Below, one piece after another: positions 26,180 through 37,746 of a DNA stretch of 64,000 bases; the stretch's first letter is position 1; every line of letters begins with the position of its first letter. The DNA comes from Mobula hypostoma (taxonomy: Eukaryota): assembly GCF_963921235.1 (NCBI RefSeq), contig NC_086118.1, positions 12,650,001 to 12,714,000 on the forward strand, read 5' to 3'. Both the position numbers and the translations under genes were made by a program. The notes beneath the pieces are model-generated. The model was given only the letters and a program-made list of their open reading frames with translations. It was not told where the DNA came from and did no database searches.

Positions 26180-26700
26180 AATGTTGGAATCTGGAACAAA
26201 AATCAGAATGCTGGAAGAACACAATAGTTCAAGCAGCATCTATGAAGGCAAAGGATGTAATTTCAGGACCAGAGGCTGCATCAGGAATATGGGGTCCTGA
26301 GAGCGAACAAGTAAGATTGCCAGTATCTAACATTGGGAAAGAAATGGAGGGATAGGTACAGAGGATTGTAGGTGATAGGTGGAACCAGATGGGGTGGAAA
26401 TGAAGGGCAGGTGGTGTTATGTTTTGTAACTTCAAAACATTCAGCTCATTCAAAGGAAGACATGAGAGTCTGAAAATGTGGGTTAACTTTGAGTTTACTT
26501 TAAGTGAGGCTCACTCATATCACGTGGTAGTGTGATGATATATGCAATTCATGTATTTATACATGTAATTCATAATGAATTATTTAAACAAACAAGAGTG
26601 CTTAATCGAGCATATGTATTTACGAGATTACTCAAATATTACTGAAATATTAAATACACAACAGGTGGGGGAGGGGATTGCAGAGGCGGGCAAAGGGAAA
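26180..26700 (-). mobile_element. Penelope 3' fragment hosting a small TG..CA insertion
   Basis: Similar to the reverse complement of 1450-1720. Confidence 0.6.
26415..26663. mobile_element. 249-bp solo-LTR-like element with 5-bp TSD
   Basis: TGTTATG...CACAACA flanked by GGTGG at 26410-26414 and 26664-26668. Confidence 0.8.
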
Positions 26701-27399
26701 AGTTTACACTCAGACTTGCGAGATGCCACACAAATAGGCACCACCCTTTAAAAAGTAAAGAAAAACAATTTAAATTATTGAAGAACCAGGAATTCTGGCA
26801 TGGTTGACTTTGCATTGAGCATACATGTTCAGAAATTGGTCAGAAGACAAAAAAGAGTGAGACTGTCTCCTAGACATAGTCAGTTAATATGAGTCACTTC
26901 ACACCAATATTGAGCTTGAATTAGTTCAGCGTAAAAATTCTGCTCTATCAATTTCTTATTGTTTTATATTCTCCTTCTTGGCAGAGTACAGGAATAGGCT
27001 GGTCATGGACCACTGCCTACAGTACATGTTGGCATTCTGCACTGCTGTACTACAGGGTACAGAGAAGGAACTAGTCTTTATCAGGGAGTGATCATTGACA
27101 TTGTGCATGGAGTTGTTCTCCAGGGATGTAGTTCATTTTTTAAAATCTGCAAATAGACATTACAATGCATATTATATTGACAAAGCACAAGAAACCTGCA
27201 CCTTTATTGTCCAAGGTTCCCAAACCTTCACACTTGGTCATTCTCAAGACCCTTTGATGATTGGATGATGGGGTGGGCTGCAGAATAATGATCCATCAAG
27301 AATAAAATGAGGGTGAATGCAGGTTAGAGGGTGAGCAGGACAACACATAGGGAGATCATTGCAAAGGGAGATCAGGGAGGTGGTGGGGTTAGGGCCACA

Positions 27400-27930
27400 G
27401 AGACACAAAAATGCTAGTGGTAATCAGCAAGCCAGGCAGCATCTATGGAGAGATTTAAACAGTCGACGTTTCAGGTCAAGATCCTTCATCAGGACTGGAA
27501 TGGAAGGAGGCAGATGCTAGAATAAGAAGGTTTGGGTGACTGAAGAGTTCAATCTAGCAGGTGACACAGGTGAGGGGGAAGGTGAGTGAGTGAGCAAGGG
27601 ATGAATGTTGTGAAGCTGAAAGGAGAGAGGTGGAAGAGGTAAAGGGCTGAAGAAAGAATCTCATCGGAATGAAGGGAAGGTGGAGAACTGCAGAGAGGTG
27701 ATGGACAGATCTTGAGGTTGGAAGACAGAAGAGAAGGGGCTGAGAGGGCCATCGGATGGAGGTAGAAAACAAAAGGGGGAGTGGGGGGTGCAGAAGAGAG
27801 TGTTTACCGTAAGTTAGAGAAACTGATGTTCATGCCATATAGATTGAGACTAACCAAATCGAATATGAGGTGTTGCTCTTCCGGTGATTGATGTGAAGTC
27901 AGTGTGGCCAATTAGATTAGGGGCTGACTG
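27400..27930 (-). mobile_element. Penelope 3' fragment
   Basis: Reverse-complement similarity to 1200-1700. Confidence 0.75.
27460..27497 (-). ncRNA. Minimal hammerhead ribozyme motif with intact core
   Basis: Minus strand reads CAGTC-CTGATGA-AGGATCTTGACCT-GAAA-CGTC-GACTG. Confidence 0.75.
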
Positions 27931-28518
27931 ATAGTACAACCTACTGAAATAGCTTGGGAGGTAAGCCAGGACAATTGTGATTGAGTGATTTGAGAGTTTG
28001 TGGGGACATGTGGAGTTTGGGGGATGACACTCTGGACAACCGCATGATGATTCAGATAAGTCACTAAGGAAGATAATGGGAAAGTGGCTTGAGGGACGGA
28101 GAGAGATTGGCACTGGGGGAAATTAGTTAGAGTGGGACAGTGACTAAGATAATTTGAAAGATAAAAGAGAAGAGTTAGGAGAATTTGAAGCATGGGTCTG
28201 TGAGGATAAATGAGGTAAGTTCATGCAGAGGAAGTGATTTGAGAGGTGGGCAAAGAAGATGATTTAGAGGGTGGGATGAAGGTGGGATGATTTAGAGGGA
28301 TGGGGTCAGGCTAGGAAAGGCTTTTAAGACAAGGTGATGGTGAGATGATTGGGGAGGAGTGAGGATATCAGCAGCATGGGTTTGTGGGTGGAAAACAGAG
28401 CTCTGCACTCCTTGGTTATAGATGTGGTACTTCTACCAACATCAAAGTCAATCTCAGCATCCAGGTACCTAAGGCTTGTGCCATCAGAGTGAATTGGAAT
28501 TTGGTTCGGGTGATGGTG

Positions 28519-30080
28519 TTTGAAGACGATCGAGGCGAAAAACCAGAAATTAAGAAAAACATTGAAGGCCCAAGTATTTTAAAATCTGAAGTTCGTAATG
28601 CAATAAATAAGATGAATAAAGGAAAGGCAGCAGATCCTGATGAATTAGTAATGGAACAAATTATCGCCTTTGAAGATTATGGAATTGAAAAACTTACTGA
28701 TTTAATCAACGACGTTTATGAGACTGGAATAGTACCAGAAGAGATGAAAAAAATCAGTATTTATAACTCTTCCTAAGAAACCTGGAGCAATAGAATGTGA
28801 ATTACATAGGACCATAAGTTTAATGAGTCATATCACCAAGATACTTCTAAGAATTTTGATGACAAGAGCTAAAAGTCAGATACAAGCTGAAATAGGCAAA
28901 GAACAATGTGGTTTTGTGAAAGACAAAGGTACAAGAAACGCAATATTGATGTTAAGGATACTATCAGAATGAGCTATTCAAGTGCAAAAAGATTTGTTTG
29001 TTTATTTTATCGACTACACAAAAGCAATTGATAAAGTGAAGCACAATAAGTTATTTGAAATATTACAGAAAACTCTAGATCTAGATTCAAAAGACCTCTG
29101 CCTAATTAGAAATCTGTACTGGGAACAAACTGCTGCTGTAAGATTAGATGAAGAAGTGAGTCAGCTTACGAAAATCAAGACAGGCATGAGACAAGGGTCT
29201 GTTTTCTCCCCTGATTTATTTAATGTGTACAGTGCGACAATATTACAAAAAATAAGAGACACCTTGGGAATCAAAGTTGGTGGTGAAAACATCAATAATG
29301 TCAGATATGAGGATGACACGGTGTTAATTGCAAGTACAGAGGAAGAACTATAAAACTTAATTGATATAGTTGTTGAAGAAAGTGCAAAAATGGGTCTATC
29401 TATCAATTGCAAAAAGGTATGGTGATATCCAAAAAGAAGGAGAATCCTATCTGCAGGCTGAGAATAAATGGCGAAGACATAAAACAAGTACAGAACTTTT
29501 GTTACTTAGGAAGCTGGGTGACACCAGATGGCAGGTGTGATTTGGACATTAAAAGAAGAATAGGGATGGCAAAAGACACCTTTACGAGAATGAAGAGTAT
29601 ACTGACCAATACTAAACTGGCCTGATAATCCGCCTCAGAGTACTGAAATGTTACGTTTATCCAGTTATGTTATATGGCTCAGAATGTTGGACAATATCTA
29701 GTAACACGAGGAAACGAATTGTAGCAGCAGAGATGTGGTTTTTGAGGAGGATGCAAAGAATATCATGGACAAAACGAATATCTAACGAGGATGTCATGAA
29801 CAGAACAAACACAAAAAGAGAAATAATGTATGAGATCATGAAAAGGCAATGTAACTTCATTAGGAAAGATTAGGAAAGAGGAGTTAGAATGCACGGTAAT
29901 TATGGGAGAGATTGAAGGGAAGAAAGCAAGATGAAGACAAAGACAAATGATGATGGAGACAGCAGCCAGAGAACTGGAAATGAATACCAATGAACTGATC
30001 CACTTGACCCGAAACAGGAGTGTGTGGGCCATGGCAGTCAAAGCTCAAACTGTGCATGGTACCCGATGATGATGATGATG
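28519..30080 (+). mobile_element. RTE-clade LINE, 5'-truncated and disrupted
   Basis: FIDYTKAIDKV, GMRQGSVFSPDLFNVY, NVRYEDDTVLIA and LYGSECWT..AAEMWFLRRM motifs; (GAT)n tail. Confidence 0.92.
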
Positions 30081-30683
30081 TTGGTACAACAAGCTGTGTG
30101 ATGTCACTGAAGATGTCCTGTGCAATGAAAATTGTACAGTGACTTGGAAGGAGGCACCTAGTGTCAGTGTAAGCAGTCGTATTTAACATTGTGCAATGTG
30201 TAGACGTTCTGGTCAGGGCCTCCAAAAATATGCGTAAAGTCACTTCTGTTCTGTAGGGAAGTGAAGCAGCAGCTAATTTGTACACAGCAGGATCCCACAG
30301 GGAGTAATGAGTTGTGGCCAATTAACCTATACTGATTATATTCACTGGAGGATAAATGATGTGTGGAAAACCATGACAACTTCCTGTTCTTCTGCTCTAC
30401 CTGAACAGAATCTTTTTTTATCCATCCAACTAGTCACGTGGATCCTCAGTAATTGAAGCTTCAACTGAACAGTGACACTGACAATCTGGCATCCTCGATG
30501 CAGCATTGGAATGTCAACTGAGATTATGTGAATCGGCTAGGCCATCTTCTCTGTGTAAAGGATGTTATTACTTTATCAATATATGCTTATGTGTTATCCT
30601 AAAGATATTCTTCAAAATTATTTCTGTTTTTCCTCACCCTCTTCTGCAATTTATGAGTTATGATGAAGTAAATCTCCAGGGAT

Positions 30684-30793
30684 AAGAGAAATAATGTATG
30701 AGATCATGAAAAGGCAATAATAAATGGTGGTGCAGGCTCGAAGGGCCAAATGGCCTACTCCTGCACCTATTTTCTGTTTCTATGTTTCTATGT
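30684..30793 (+). mobile_element. Micro-chimera: 35-bp RTE piece joined to a CR1 3' terminus
   Basis: 30684-30718 is identical to 29816-29850, followed by the CR1 end AATAAATGGTGGTGCAGG...TTTCTATG. Confidence 0.8.
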
Positions 30794-31294
30794 AACTCAC
30801 TAGTATCTTGGCCCACCAAAACTGAATGTGAAATTGTTGCATTAGTGCAAAGAGCAAAAGACTTCAGAAGGTCTAAGACAGTTGAAGCTGTCACAGATAA
30901 GAACAAAGTTGCCTTGGGGTATACACACACAAATTATTTTAAAGGTGAAAGAGCAGATTTAATGAATGGAGACAGACTATAACACTAAGGAAGTAACATT
31001 AAATTTTCACAAAGCTTTGGTTGGGAGCACTGTGCTAACTACTTTTTAAGGAGGGCATGAAAGCCCCATAGAAAATGCTTTAAGGGATTTAGCAGCATGG
31101 AGCTATGGGATAGGGATTCATTTTTGCAGGAAAACTGGGAAAGATGGGATGTCCTCTTTGGAACAGAAAATGGAACAAATAAGTTTTTTGATCATGGAAA
31201 CAGTTGCATTTGAAATTTTGATTCTTAAACAAAAAAAAACAATGAAACACCCCTGATAAAGTACTTGAAAAATTATAACATACAAACATTTGTA

Positions 31295-31670
31295 GAATAC
31301 AGAACATTACAGCACAGCACAGGCCCTTCAGCCCACAATGTTGTGCCAAGCTTTGAACCTACTCTTAGATAAATCTAACCCTTCCCTCCTATATAACCCA
31401 CTATTCTTTCCATCATCCATGTGCCAATCTAAGAATTTCTTAAATGCCAGCAAGGTATCTGCTTCTACCACCACCCCTAGCAGGACATTCCATGCACTCT
31501 TTGTGTAAAAAAATTACCTCTGATATTCCCCCCCCCCCCCGCCACCATACTCTCATCCAATCATCTTACAATTAAGCCCACTCCTACTAGCATTTCTGCT
31601 CTGGGAAAAAATCTCTTGCTTTCTACTCGATTTATGCCTCTTACTATCTTGTATAGCTCTATTAAAGTTT
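31295..31670 (-). mobile_element. Degenerate CR1 3' fragment
   Basis: CAGGCCCTTCAGCCCACAATGTTGTGCC end motif. Confidence 0.65.
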
Positions 31671-34600
31671 CTATAAGTTCACTAAGTTTCTAAGTTTGCT
31701 TTTACTGATATAAACCTATGTTAGAAGGCCAACCATGTAGGACTATTTGCTTTAAGGTGCATATGTGGACCTTGTAATGTGTAAATAGATTACTGATCAA
31801 TGTATTTTCTATGCAGGGTGGCTGGTTGGTGACATGTTACTGATATAGGCTGTAAAAGTGATAGATATGCAGAAAACAATAATTAAAGCTTGCATCTGCC
31901 CATAATGAATATTAATATAATTCTGTTTTATTTGAGCTTCTGCTTTAATTGAACTTCACGGAGATCAAAAATGGATGAACCTCTTCAACGTTTACTTCAC
32001 AACTGAAAATACTCAATTTGGTCAAATGCTGATTAAAAGTAGAAATTAAAAATATGTAAACAAAAATTAGAATTGCACATCATTCATTCGTGATTCATTT
32101 TATCTTTTTCCCATTAGCGGGGCAAGCAAAAGCCACTTAAACACAAAACGTCCAATTTCGGCATTCTTCTGTAATGCAAAACATACAAGTGGCAATAAGG
32201 TGTGAGATGAGGGATGGAGAGGGGCATTGAGTAGTGTGTGTTGACATGGGGAGGTGACTGGGGTACTTTCAAAGGTGACTGCGGGAGAGTAAGAGAAGAT
32301 GAGACACAGGTCTGTCAAGATCATTGTCCGAGCTCAGTGGGGAAGAGGATGATTTGAAAAATGGTCAAGTTTGTGAGGATGATTAGGTAGGAGTCTACTG
32401 GGATAAGTTCTTTTGCAGGATTTCAGCTTAGCAGGCTGCAGACAGGAACCTGAAGTGTAAAGAGTCGGAAGCCAAGTCTAGATAGACCATGAGCCCTTCA
32501 ATTCAATATAATCATCTCTGATCTGCCCCAGGCCCTGCCTCCCTCTCTGTGCCACTACAGCCTTCAGTTTTATCAGGTATATTTACCTCCAAAATATCAC
32601 CTAGGCTGTAGATTACTATGGGGTAGAGAATTCTACACTGTTGTGGCCGCTTATGATCTTGTATGTTTCAATAAGATTACTCCTCATTCATCGGCTATTC
32701 AGGGCAGCGATGAGGAGAAATGTCTTCATCAAGCGATGAGTGAATCTTTAGAATTCATTAACCAACAGAGGTATGAAGGATCTATGCTAAATATACTCTA
32801 AGTGAAGATCAGCATGTTTTTAGATATGAGGATATGGGGTTAGTGCAGGAAAATGGTGCTGAGGCAAATGATGTCCCATGATCTTAATGAATTGCAGAAG
32901 AGTCAGAATGGGCTGAATGTTTTATTCTGCTCCTTTGAGTGAATTATTAGGACCAACACATAAGCAGGGGGCTACATCTCCTGCATCCCATAGCTGTTCA
33001 ACTGTTACGATTAGAACCTATGAGTAGTATAAAACTTGGAGAATCTCAGTTACCTACTGGATAAGTGAGCACAGCAATAAGGATAACTGAGAAGAAAAAG
33101 CACTTATGATGAATAGTAAAGGTCAAAAACCCAGCCTCCTACGGAGAAACAGAGTTGTCATTCAAAAAGTCTGTGTCTGCTTCAGTGACAATTTCATGAC
33201 TAACTTACAAGATAAGAGATTAAGTGTCTCTATCTACACAGTGCGAATATCTAAGTAGATTTGAAACAATCAGATTTTGAACAAGGCAGATTAGTGGACA
33301 TGGTAGAATATGTTACTTTCACGTCCCAAGTCCCAGTTGTGGAGGTAGATTATTTATGGGAGCTGGAGAGGAATAAGGTGGTCATGAATGACACAGCAGG
33401 TGCTCTTCTGAAATAAGGATACAGAAGTAATTGGTGCGGAAAGGATGTTTGATTGATGGTGAGATCTCCTGCTTTAACATGATTATCCTGAATCATGCAC
33501 TGCTGTCACTAACACAATCTTTGAGGTGATCTAATTACCTCGATGGTTAAGCACAATTCTTCAGCTTTTCTCATTTGCTGTCCACTTTGAGCTTTCGGGC
33601 TGTTTGTTTCTTTAGCCGATGACTAAAATTCAGATTAGTGCATCTACCATTGACTTTTTCTCAGGTACTAATTAATTACTGACTGCCTAAGTGGTCTGTG
33701 AAGAATTGCGTGCAGTAAATCATGCAGTCATTTACTCATTCACAAGGACACACACTGCATTAATTCATCTTAACGGACACTCTATTCTGAGCTCTGTCAC
33801 AGAAGGATATTACCAAACAGAGGAAAATATCCTCGGATGTGCTCAGCATCTCTTTGAAAAAGTGTAGTAACTTTACTGATTCCTGTGAATCCTTGGCCAG
33901 TGCCCACTCAGATTGGAGAAGGAGCATTCATGCATAATCCAAGCATAAACGACAAAGGGAGTACACCACCTCATGGACTACCCACTCATCCTTAACGTCG
34001 AAATGAGGGCTTCCCTGTACTAAAGCAACAAACAGAATGTTGGAGGTACTCAGCACCTCAGGTGGCATTGGTGCAGGGAATTGGACAGCCGACATTTCAG
34101 ATCAAGACCAAGATCAAAGGTGGTGACCCGAGAGGTCGACTGCTCATTTCCCTCCACAGATGCCTGACCCATTGGGTCTCTCCAGCATTTTATTAGTTGA
34201 TCCAGATTCCTTTATCTGCAGGTTCTTTTGTCTCCCTTGTTCCAAGGCAGGTCACTAAATATTTGTCTTTGTGTTATTTAGCAAAGCGGGACATTCCTAT
34301 TACTGCGTTTGTTGTGACTTCTTCACACAACAACTTGATGACGCAGCAGAAGCACAGCTGAAAGAGAAGGGTCTTAAGAGCGTCTAGTACCTCAATAATG
34401 TCAATGAGATGGAAAGAAATCCTGAATGCTTAAGTGATTAAACAATCAGATATTTAATGAATGTAGCAAAAATGGATGGCTACTGAAATGCAATGAGTTT
34501 TCAAAGTAATTCTAACTGAATTTTCTAAAACTAGCCACAATTTTAGATGGAAACACTGTTAAATGTGATTATACACAGCTGAACTTTGTGGTCTTATTCA

Positions 34601-34806
34601 CTGTAAGTGATCGAAATGAGGACAGCGTTCAATCATCCACAGCAGCAAGAGGCAGTACTGCAGCAACACCCATCATAAGTGTGCTAAATTTCATATACGG
34701 GAAGAGTAGCTTACAGAAAATGTGATGTCGGGATGAGGAAGATAGAGAGAGAGAGTAGTATGAATCAATTCATTGTTTATAGCAACATGTCATCGTTCTA
34801 TAAGTA

Positions 34807-35127
34807 CGAGGGGTGATTGATAAGTACATGGCCTAAAGTAGAAGCACTCAATTTTAGAAAACCTAGCACATTTATTTATCAACATTGTCCCCTCCTACAT
34901 GTACACACTTAGTCCAGCGGTCATGGAGCATATGGATCCCTTCTTTGTAAAAGTGGTCCACAGCAGGGGTGATTAATAAGTTTGTGGCCTAAGGTAGAAG
35001 GGGATGAGTTATACAGCTCTCGTTACATGCACGTGCAGTTCAACTCTTTGAGTGAAAATTCAGAAAGTTTGAAGTTAATAACTCATCTCCTTCTACCTTA
35101 GGCCATGAACTTATCAATCACCCCTTG
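34807..35127. mobile_element. mariner-type MITE with TA TSD
   Basis: TA|CGAGGGGTGATTGATAAGT..GGCCTAA.GTAGAAG ... CTTCTACCTTAGGCC..ACTTATCAATCACCCCTTG|TA. Confidence 0.85.
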
Positions 35128-35539
35128 TATATGTAAGATTCCTAGGAGCATCCAATGTATGCATTTAATATTAACTATTATTGTGAAAAATATAAGGTCA
35201 TCTCAATTATTCTTATTGCTATCAAAATGTGAGAAGTGTGTGAAAATCAGGCTTACCATAAAAAGCCAAATCATACTTTAACTGAAAGCCCAGGCAGCAA
35301 TTCAATGACAGTAGAAAGAATATTCCAGAAACATTTCTGTTCCTCAATTTGTGCCCTGAATTTGCGAAGATCCCTTTGAGATAAATGCAAAGGAAGGTGA
35401 AGTTTCGGTAAGACTGATGTCTTCCTAGTTACAACCCAGTAAACCATTCTCAGGTTGCATTTTCATCCTGGTTCATCCCCTAAAAGAGGCCTTTTATATC
35501 CTTCAAAAGAGGCAAGATTATAATGAAAAATTTATCATT

Positions 35540-36160
35540 CACCATATAACCATATAACAATTACAGCACGGAAATAGGCCATCTCGGCCCTTCTAGTCCA
35601 TGCTGAACTCTTACTCTCACCTAGTCCCACGACCTGCACTCAGCCCATAACCCTCCATTCCTTTCCTGTCCATATAGCTGTCCAATTTAACTTTAAACAA
35701 CAACATCGAACCTGCCTCAACCACTTCTGCTGGAAGCTCGTTCCACACAGCTACCACTCTCTGAGTAAAGAAGTTCCCCCTCATGTTACCCCTAAACTTT
35801 TTCCCTTTAACTCTCAACTCATGTCCTCTTGTTTGAATCTCCCCCACTCTCAATAGAAAAAGCCTATCCACATCAACTCTATCTATCCCCCTCATAATTT
35901 TAAATACCTCTATCAAGTCCCCCCTAAACCTTCTACATTCTAAAGAATAAAGTCCCAACTTGTTCAACCTTTCTCTGTAACTTAGGTGATGAAACCCAGG
36001 TAACATTCTAGTAAACCTTGTCTGTACTTTCTCTATTTTGTTGACATCTTTCCTATAATTCGGTGACCAAAACTGTATTCAATACTCTAAATTTGGCCTC
36101 ACCAATGCCTTGTACAATTTCAACATTGCATCCTGACTCCTATACTCAATGCTCTGATTA
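35540..36160 (-). mobile_element. CR1 LINE 3' fragment with (TATGGTTA)n-like tail
   Basis: ORF 35617-36006 is CR1 ORF2 C-terminus. Confidence 0.88.
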
Positions 36161-36799
36161 ATATAAAGTAGTGGAAATTCAGAACTGAAATATAAAAGAT
36201 ATTTAAGGAGTGTGTTACAGTAATAGTTAAAATAATCTGTATTTATCTGGTAGATTAAGACAAGATGGCTGATGTGTCCACAAATCATCATGTTCTGCTA
36301 ACTTGATGATCAATGCCCTAACAATCAACATTTCTTTTTATTTTGTTTGGCCTGTCTGATTATTTACATCTTGAATATATAGAGAAGTCAATTATTTTTA
36401 ATCAGAATCAGATCTGTGATCACAGGCAACCTTGGTTTGTTGTTTTGTGGTAGCAGTGCAGTGCAAAAGACATTAAAAAATCTATATCCCATTATAAAAT
36501 AAATAGTATAAGTGGTCAGCATTTATGAAGATCATTAAAAAATCATTTATGCATTCAAGATGGAAAAGAGATTTAGAACATCTGGGGAAGAGGACCAAAA
36601 ATGACAGATAGAACTTAATAGAGTTAAACCAAGGCAAGATTTGCACACAACATGGTGGGACCCTGCAGAATATTAAAGAACCAAGAGACCTATAGATTCA
36701 GGTACATGGATTATTGAAAGCAGCAACACAGATAAACAGGCTGCTGAAGAAGGCATATGTCATGCCTGCCTTCATTGATCAAAGCAATGAGTACATTTA

Positions 36800-37715
36800 G
36801 TGAGCACAAATTTCAAATAAGCTGGTAGGACCTGTAGGTATTTTTGGCGGGCTTGAGATTGTTCAGTCTGCTGCTTTTGGTGAGCAAATGTAAGATTTAA
36901 ACAAGTGTTGGGTTTGAGTTCATTTGGTTTATTAGGCAATTGAAATGGGCCAATAAAACGTGACCATGGTGGGAGAGGCCATTGCGTGAGTGGGATCAGG
37001 TTAGAGGAGGGATCTTGAGGCAGCGCACGCGGCCGCTCCGAAATGATACCGTATTTGTAAGCAGGTACCGTGCACAATGCTGATTTGATGGAGACAGACG
37101 TGAGAAGCACGGAGGAACATCTGGAGAAGCTTCTGAAGTGCCCGCTTCGCTGCCGCTGCTACTGTGCGATCGAGAATCTCCAGAGGGGCAGGCCCCTAAT
37201 CCTTGGCTTTGCCTACTGCCTGTTGCTGGGGCCGGGGTCGAAGCGCTCGGCAGAGATGGTGCTCGGTGCTCGGTGTCGGAGGGCTGGTCAGAGGCTCGAA
37301 GTTTTTGGACGGACTCAAGAGTCAGCTGTAGTCGGGTGCTTCCAGGGCAAGTTTGCAGCGCTGGAAGCTCATGGCAGGGAGCGTTTTTCTTCCTTCTACC
37401 GTCTGCGTGAGGTGATGGGACTTTCAAGAGACATTGAGACTTTTTTTTTACCATGCCCATGGTCTGTTCTTCATCAAATTACAGTATTGCTTTGCACTGT
37501 TGTAACTATACGTTATAATTCTGTTGTTTTTCTCAGTTTTTCAATCTTGGTTTGTCTTGTGTTTCTGTGATATCATTCTGGAGGAACATTGTATCATTTC
37601 TTAATGCATGCATTACTAAATGACAATAAAGAGGACTGCGTGTCCTCATAATCTAATCTAAGAAGTTTTGATGAGAAGGCTAACATAAACATCTTGTCTG
37701 TTTCTTTCTTTTTTC

Positions 37716-37746
<31 letters not shown>

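Noticed and set aside
36996..37570. Overlapping 154-aa and 166-aa ORFs
   Set aside because: They lie inside a GC-rich repeat, are open on both strands and have no recognisable domain.
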